Below, in pieces: positions 10,946 to 30,302 of a stretch of DNA of 30,302 bases. The position numbers and the translations under genes were made by a program. Every line of letters starts with the position of its first letter. The stretch's first letter is position 1. The DNA is taken from assembly GCA_002269645.1 (NCBI GenBank), contig NIVC01003592.1, positions 1 to 30,302 on the forward strand, read 5' to 3'. Origin of the DNA: Macrostomum lignano (taxonomy: Eukaryota). A model generated the notes under the pieces. That model ran no database searches. It worked only from the letters and a program-made list of their open reading frames with translations, and was not told the DNA's origin.

Positions 10946-11880
10946 ACTTACCCTCTCTTTCTGAGGTTTAGTATCTTGCAATAAAACTGACGCTATTTCC
11001 ATACAGTGTTTGCAGTCTGTTAGCTAAATACAGTAGTTGTAGTTTTGCAATGTACTGTTATCGAATAGGGCATATTAGTTCTTATTATGCTCTGATAACA
11101 AATAGCCTTAGTACTCATATAGGTGCATAATTTGTGTTAATCTGCCATTTTTACTCATTGTGACACTCTTTGTATTCTAGTCGAGTGATGTTCCCTTTTA
11201 GAGCCATTTTTTACTTTATTTATGACCCTGCGTGACTAACAGCCTATAAATTCCGTGTGAACGTCCTTATAAACATGCAAGTCTTTCCTGTAAGGTTTTT
11301 AATCGCATGGACTGCTGAAAAGCTTTCTCTCACATTCAGACTAAACTTTTTTAAAAACTTTCTATGCATTTTCTCCTGTTAGCCTTGGTGTGACACACAA
11401 TGACGAAAAATTCCTACAATTTTTCACTAATTTAATTAATTGCGTTTTTGTTTTTATTCACATACTACTTATGAAATAGATGTAAGTAGTTGCTGATGTT
11501 TGCATAATATCAATTATTTGTTTAATTTTGTGTCTACTTTTTGGTTTATGTTTGGCTATATAATAAAAAATTTGCTTTATTCTTACTTTAAGTAGCTTAG
11601 CACCGTTAATAATCATTTTCGAGTGTCTCAAATTGATATCAATTTAATCATTGTAAAATCACTATTCTTTGCGGACAAATGCGACTTTTATCGAAGTTTG
11701 ATAGCCTGTATAGTACATTTCTACTCGTCATTCTATTTTTATAAGCTACTTGAAGTAGTTTGATTAAGTTCTTGTTCCGATTATCCCCCCCTGCGACACT
11801 TGGTTGAGGCAAGGAATTGTTTTGAATTTTTAGTTTGGTCTTTAAGACTTCGATATTATTCTAATGTCATCTTCAAGGCA

Positions 11881-12275
11881 CAGTGATTCTCACCTTCAGG
11901 TCACATCATTGATTCTCCACTTCAGGTCACATCATTGATTCTCCACTTCAGGTCACATCATTGGTTCTCCACTTCAGGTCACATCATTGGTTCTCCACTT
12001 CAGGTCACATCATTGATTCTCCACTTCAGGTCACATCATCGGTTCTCCACTTCAGGTCACATCAGTGATTCTCATACCTTCAGGTCACATCAGTGATTCT
12101 CACCTTCAGGTCACATCAGTGATTCTCATACCTTCAGGTCACATCAGTGATTCTCTCACCTTCAGGTCACATCAGTGATTCTCATACCTTCAGGTCACAT
12201 CAGTGATTCTCTCACCTTCAGGTCACATCAGTGATTCTCTCACCTTCAGGTCACATGAGTGATTCTCACCTTCAT
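11881..12275. repeat. About 26-bp minisatellite upstream of BLMH (CAGTGATTCTCACCTTCAGGTCACAT)
   Basis: About 14 copies with 26-28-bp variants. Confidence 0.93.
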
Positions 12276-12429
12276 ACCATTGTTTTGAAATGGACTTTAG
12301 AAATCATGGAGAGATACAGAGATAGATTTTTGGAGTTCTAAAGTACAACGCCAAGTATAAATACAAAGCCTTGAAGTTAAGCTACGCTTCACCTTCATGA
12401 GCTGCCCTAGCAACAGTCTAATCAACAGC

Positions 12430-15400
12430 ATGTCGTCAAACGCCGCTCCATCATGCTCCGGCATTCCCAACCACCTGCTGGCCCAGCTGGAGTCGCAATT
12501 CTCGGCCAGCGGTCAGCTGCAACTGTCCGAGCTGGCCACCCAGCGGCATAAGCTGTTCGACGTAGCGCTGGACCGCCGGCTGGTTGACCAGCTCAGCAGC
12601 ACCAGCGCCTTCGCCTACAGCGCCGCCGAAATCAAGCCGGTCACCGATCAGAAGCGCAGCGGCCGCTGCTGGCTGTTCGCCGCTTTGAATCTGGTTCGAA
12701 TCCCGCTGGCCAAGCAGCTGGGACTGGCCGAGCTGGAGCTGTCGCAGAGTCACCTGTTCTTCTGGGACAAGCTGGAGAGGGGCTACTACTTTCTGCACTG
12801 CTATCTGGATTGCGCTATGCGGGGCGAGCCGCTCGAGGGCCGGCTGTGGCAGCATCTGCTGCACAATCCGGCTGAAGATGGCGGCCAGTGGGATATGATT
12901 GTCAACTTGGTGAGTCAGTATTTTGTAGGATTTCAATGGCATTTTGGGATATTTGTGGGATTTCAATGGGATTTTGGGATATTTGTGGGATTTCAATGGG
13001 ATTTTGGGATATTTGTGGGATTTCAATGGGATTTTGGGATATTTGTGGGATTTCAATGGGATTTTGGAATATTTGTAGAATTTCAATGGCATTTTGGGAT
13101 ATTTTTGGGATTTCAATGGGATTTTGGGATATTTGTAGAATTTCAATGAAATTTTCGGATATTTGTGGGATTTTAATGGGATTTTGGGATATTTGTGGGA
13201 TTTTAATGGGATTTGGGATATTTGTAGAATTTCAATGGAATTTTGGGATATTTGTGGGATTTTAATGGGATTTTGGGATATTTGTGGGATTTTAATGGGA
13301 TTTTAAGATATTTGTGGGACTTCAATAGGATTTTGGGATATTTGTCGGATTTCACTGGGATTATGGGATATTTGTGGGATTTCAATGGCATTTTAGGATA
13401 TTTGTGAGATTTCATTAGGATTTGGGATATCTGTGGGATTTCAATGGGGTTTTGGGATATCTGTGGGATTTCAATGGGGTTTTGGGATATCTGTGGGATT
13501 TCAATGGTATTTTGAGATGTTTGTAAGATTTCAATAGGATTTGGGATGTTTGTGGCATTTCCATCGGTTTTGGGATATTTGTTGGATTTCAATGGGATTT
13601 CAGGATATTTTTGGGATTTTAATATCATTGAGGGTATTTGTGGGATTTCGATAGTGTTTTACAATATTTGTGGTACGTGGTAGGTAATAATGGGATAATT
13701 ATTCAATCATAAATCCCAGGTTGAGAAGCACGGCGTCGTGCCCAAGCAGTGCTGGACTGAGCCGCTGGTCTCGCAGGAGACGCTGCAGTTCAATTTCTGG
13801 TTGAACACCTGGCACCGGCAGAGCGCCAAGCGCATCCGGGATCTGCACGCTGCCGGCCAGACAGCCGACCAGATTCGCGCCTACATCGACTCCGACCTGC
13901 TGCCCGAGCTGTTCCGCTTCTGCTGCGCCGCCATCGGCCGGCCGCCGGCCAAGTTCACCTTCGAGTACGCGGCCACGGCGGCTTCTGCCGGAGGCGCCAC
14001 CGCCGAGGCCGACGCCGCAGCCGGCGGCAACAAGTATCGCCGCATCGGGCCCGTGACTCCGCTGCAGTTCTATCAGGAGCACGTGAAACCGCTGGTTGAC
14101 CTTGGCGCTCAGGTGGGACCTGTTGTCTGAAATCCATTCATTCCTCGGTGACTGTTCTGCAGTCTTTTCTAATGTCAGCTTTCTATTGTTCTTGCTCTAG
14201 AGTCTGTGATCTAGAGCTCATGATCTAGAGTCTATGATCTAGAGTCCATGATCTAGAGCTCAAGATCTAAAGTCCGTGATCTATAGTGTCTAATCTAGAG
14301 CCCGTGATCTAGAGTCTATGAATTAGAGTCTATGATCTAGAGTCTATGATCTAGAGTCCATGATCTAGAGTCTATGATCTAGATTCTATGATCTAGAGTC
14401 CATGATCTAGAGTCCATGATCGAGAGTCTATGATCTAGAGTCTATGATCTAGAGTCCATGATCTAGAGTCCATGATCTAGAGTCCATGATCTAGAGTCCA
14501 TGATCTAGTGTCTATGATCTAGAGTCTATGATCTAGAGTCCATGATCTAGGGTCTATGATCTAGAGTCTATGATCTAGAGTCCATGATCTAGAGTCTATG
14601 ATCTAGGGTCTATGATCTAGAGTCCATGATCTAGAGTCTATGATCTAAAGACCATGATCTAGAGTCTATGATCTAGAGTCCATGATCTAGAGTCCATGAT
14701 CTAGAGTCTATGATCTAGAGTCCATGATCTAGAGTCTATGATCTAGAGTCTATGATCTAGAGTCCATGATCTAGAGTCTATGATCTAGAGTCCATGATCT
14801 AGAGTCTATGATCTAGAGCTCATAATCTAGAGTCCATGATCTAGAGTCCGTGATCTAGAGTCCATGATCTAGAGTCCGCGATCTATAGTGTCTAATCTAG
14901 AGCCCGTGATCCAGAGTCTATGATCTAGAGTCCATGATCTAGAGTATATGATCTAGAGTCCATGATCTAGAGTCTGATCTAGAGTTCATAATCTAGAGTC
15001 CATGATCTAGAGTCCATGATCTAGAGTCCATGATCTAGAGTCTATGATCTAGAGTCCATGATCTAGAGTCTATGATCTAGAGTCCATGATCTAGAGTCTA
15101 TGATCTAGAGTCCATGATCTAGAGTCTATGATCTAGAGTCCATGATCTAGAGTCTATGATCTAGAGCTCATAATCTAGAGTCCATGATCTAGAGTCCGTG
15201 ATCTAGAGTCTATGATCTAGAGTCCGTGATCTATAGTGTCTAATCTAGAGCCCGTGATCCAGAGTCTATGATCTAGAGTCCATGATCTAGAGTCTATGAT
15301 CTAGAGTCCATGATCTAGAGTCTGATCTAGAGTCGGTGATTTAAGGCTTACCTACCAGTAATATTCTATGGTCCTTATTTACTCATTTGTGCTACATCAC

Positions 15401-16329
15401 AGTTTAAATTCAGCATATCTGACCTGCTATTACAGAGACAATATGATTACTCACCCCTCAACTAAACTCAACCGCAACAGGTGTGCCTGGTCAACGATCC
15501 GCGCAATCCCTACTATCGCCTAATGACGGTGGACATGCTCAACAATATGCAGGGCGCCAGACGGGTGCTCTACGTTAATCTGCCATCAGAGGAACTGCGT
15601 CGCCTAGCAACCGATGCTTTGCGCGATCGACTGCCTGTATGGTTCGGGTCGCACGTGAGCAAAGGTCACAGCAGGACGGCCGGTCTGGCTGACCCCAATC
15701 TGCACAGGCTTGACCTGCTGTGCGGGCTGCAGCTCAACACTATGGATAAGAAGGAGCGCCTGCTCTATGGGGACTCGCTTATGACTCACGCTATGTTGCT
15801 TACTGGTAAGGCCTGGGGGGAATTAGGTTGATGGGGAATCTGCTCTTTCATATGAGATATTGATTGAGAACCTGTTCTCTCATTTGAGATATTTGATGGA
15901 GAACCTGTTCTCTTATGTGAGATATTGATTGAAAACCTGTTCTCTCATATGAAATATTGATTGAGAACCTGTTCTCTCATTTGAGATATTTGATGGAGAA
16001 TCTGTTCTCTTATGTGAGATATTGATTGAAAACCTGTTCTCTCATATGAAATATTGATTGAGAACCTGTTCTCTCAATACCTGTTCTCCGCAGGTGTGAC
16101 CCCGCCTGACCCCGCCGCCGGCAGCCCGGGCAAGTGGCGAGTTGAGAACTCCTGGAGCCAGGATTACGGACTGAAAGGCTATCTGACGGTCACAGACGCC
16201 TGGTTCGACGAATACGTCTACGAGGTGGCCATCGACAAGGCTCGCCTTACCGACAAGATGCGAGCCGTGCTGGAACAGGATCCCATCGTGCTGCCCGCCT
16301 GGGACCCCATGGGTGCTCTGGCCCAGTGA
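12430..16329 (+). CDS. BLMH: Bleomycin hydrolase (cysteine aminopeptidase, peptidase C1B), 4 exons, 477 aa
   Basis: Exons 12430(or 12397)-12909, 13720-14112, 15481-15805, 16094-16329, phases match. Catalytic Cys in DQKRSGRCW, His in SLMTHAM, Asn in WRVENSW; SQSHLFFWDKLER, DGGQWDM, CLVNDPR and the family C-terminus LPAWDPMGALAQ. Confidence 0.97.
12918..13675. repeat. 30-bp minisatellite in BLMH intron 1 (GGGATTTCAATGGGATTTTGGGATATTTGT)
   Basis: About 25 copies, diverging toward the 3' end; gives the GIFVGFQWDF ORF repeats. Confidence 0.95.
14196..15340. repeat. 14-bp minisatellite in BLMH intron 2 (GATCTAGAGTCYAT)
   Basis: About 80 copies with recurring variant blocks. Confidence 0.96.
15838..16090. 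repeat. 30-31-bp minisatellite in BLMH intron 3 (GAGATATTGATTGAGAACCTGTTCTCTCAT)
   Basis: About 8 copies; the last unit runs into the acceptor CTGTTCTCCGCAG. Confidence 0.9.
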
Positions 16330-16443
16330 ACCTCCAACTCAGCGGTCTGTTGCTAAGGGGAGCCGACTGGGGTTTAAACACATTTTTACAAACTTTTTTT
16401 CTAAATTTGATTTTTGTTGTCCCATTTTCTAGGGTCTCCTCTT

Positions 16444-16912
16444 CTAGTGTCCGGTATTCTCTAGTGTCCGGTATTCTTTAGTGTCCGGTATTCTCTAGTG
16501 TCCGGTATTCTTTAGTGTCCGGTATTCTCTAGTGTCCGGTATTCTCTAGTGTCCGGTATTCTTTAGTGTCCGGTATTCTCTAGTGTCCGGTATTCTTTAG
16601 TGTACGGTATTCTCTAGTGTCCGGTATTCTCTAGTGTCCGGTATCCTTTAGTGTCCGGTATTCTCTAGTGTCCGGTATTCTCTAGTGTCCGGTATTCTCT
16701 AGTGTCCGGTATTCTTTAGTGTCCGGTATTCTCTAGTGTCCGGTATTCTCTAGTGTCCGGTATTCTTTAGTGTACGGTATTCTCTAGTGTCCGGTATTCT
16801 CTAGTGTCCGGTATCCTTTAGTGTCCGGTATTCTTTAGTGTCCGGTATTCTCTAGTGTCCGGTATTCTCTAGTGTCCGGTATCCTTTAGTGTCCGATCTT
16901 TAGTGTCCGGTA
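16444..16912. repeat. 17-bp minisatellite downstream of the BLMH stop (TAGTGTCCGGTATTCTY)
   Basis: Period 17 (16445, 16462, 16479), ca. 27 copies. Confidence 0.95.
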
Positions 16913-17008
16913 CAAACTTGTAACGTCCAGTCTCTCTTAGTAAGCGGTTTTCGGTTCTATTATAATTATTCCGAAATTGTCTGCTTTAATTTGTTCACTT
17001 TTTTAATT

Positions 17009-17014
17009 AATAAA
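17009..17014 (+). terminator. Candidate polyadenylation signal (AATAAA) for BLMH
   Basis: First AATAAA noted after the BLMH stop (16329), beyond the 17-bp array. Confidence 0.35.
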
Positions 17015-17306
17015 GCTTTGCTTAGCTGAAGTAATTATATTATGGATGTGTTTCTAAAAAGCAATGGCCCTTCGATGTTTTTGATAGCATAACTGCTCTG
17101 TCCTTCAACTACCCGGTCTGTTCAATCGGTACAATAGGCTCGTCTTTAATAGCCAATTTTCGCTAATATGATTGTTTTTTTCTATCGAAATTATTAAATT
17201 AATAATTGTCTGAAATATATATTATATTTAGTATGATTTCTAATACACTTCTTTATTAATCAAAAAGTCACACTTTAAGTAGAAGAGATGGCATTTTGGT
17301 TTCAAT

Positions 17307-17312
17307 TTTATT
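17307..17312 (-). terminator. Candidate polyadenylation signal (AATAAA) for the GH31 gene
   Basis: TTTATT on the plus strand, ca. 77 nt past the minus-strand TAA at 17389. The region is AT-rich, so it may be chance. Confidence 0.45.
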
Positions 17313-17388
17313 CGTTTTATAATTTGCATAAATTATGTTAATTAGTTCGCCAATCAGTAGTCAGTCAGCCAGTGTGGCTGTTACAGTT

Positions 17389-30264
<12,876 letters not shown>

Positions 30265-30302
30265 CTGCAGGGTCACGTGGTCTCAGTGTCTCAGTGCATC
30301 AG

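Noticed and set aside
11000-11880. RNA gene or element in the AT-rich spacer before BLMH
   Set aside because: No tRNA boxes, TIRs, ORFs or stable hairpins were recognisable by eye.
12451-13628. KYPKIPLKSH and IEIPQISQNP repeat proteins
   Set aside because: Antisense translations of the 30-bp intronic array.

Overview
Eukaryotic (metazoan) genomic DNA; no prokaryotic features. GC-rich, Ala/Gln-rich exons with minisatellite-stuffed introns resemble the flatworm Macrostomum (inference from style only). Splicing the exons by hand gives four genes. On the + strand: IK/Protein Red (4 exons, one 1-nt frameshift), a KCTD7/14-like BTB protein (3 exons) and bleomycin hydrolase (4 exons, intact catalytic triad). 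On the - strand: the 3' part of a large GH31 alpha-glucosidase (20 exons here, gene starts beyond the right edge). In it the C-terminal end of one GH31 module splices in frame to a 4-Cys trefoil plus a second complete module, i.e. a sucrase-isomaltase/maltase-glucoamylase-like tandem. Also present: a decayed non-LTR retrotransposon 3' fragment, a hAT-like MITE (14-bp TIRs, 8-bp TSD) that carries a minisatellite, and about 25 tandem arrays. Most striking pattern: introns are either 68-100 bp and repeat-free, or longer and (21 of 22) contain their own tandem array. Most entries in the supplied ORF track are artefacts of these arrays. All homology calls are from recalled family motifs; no searches were run.
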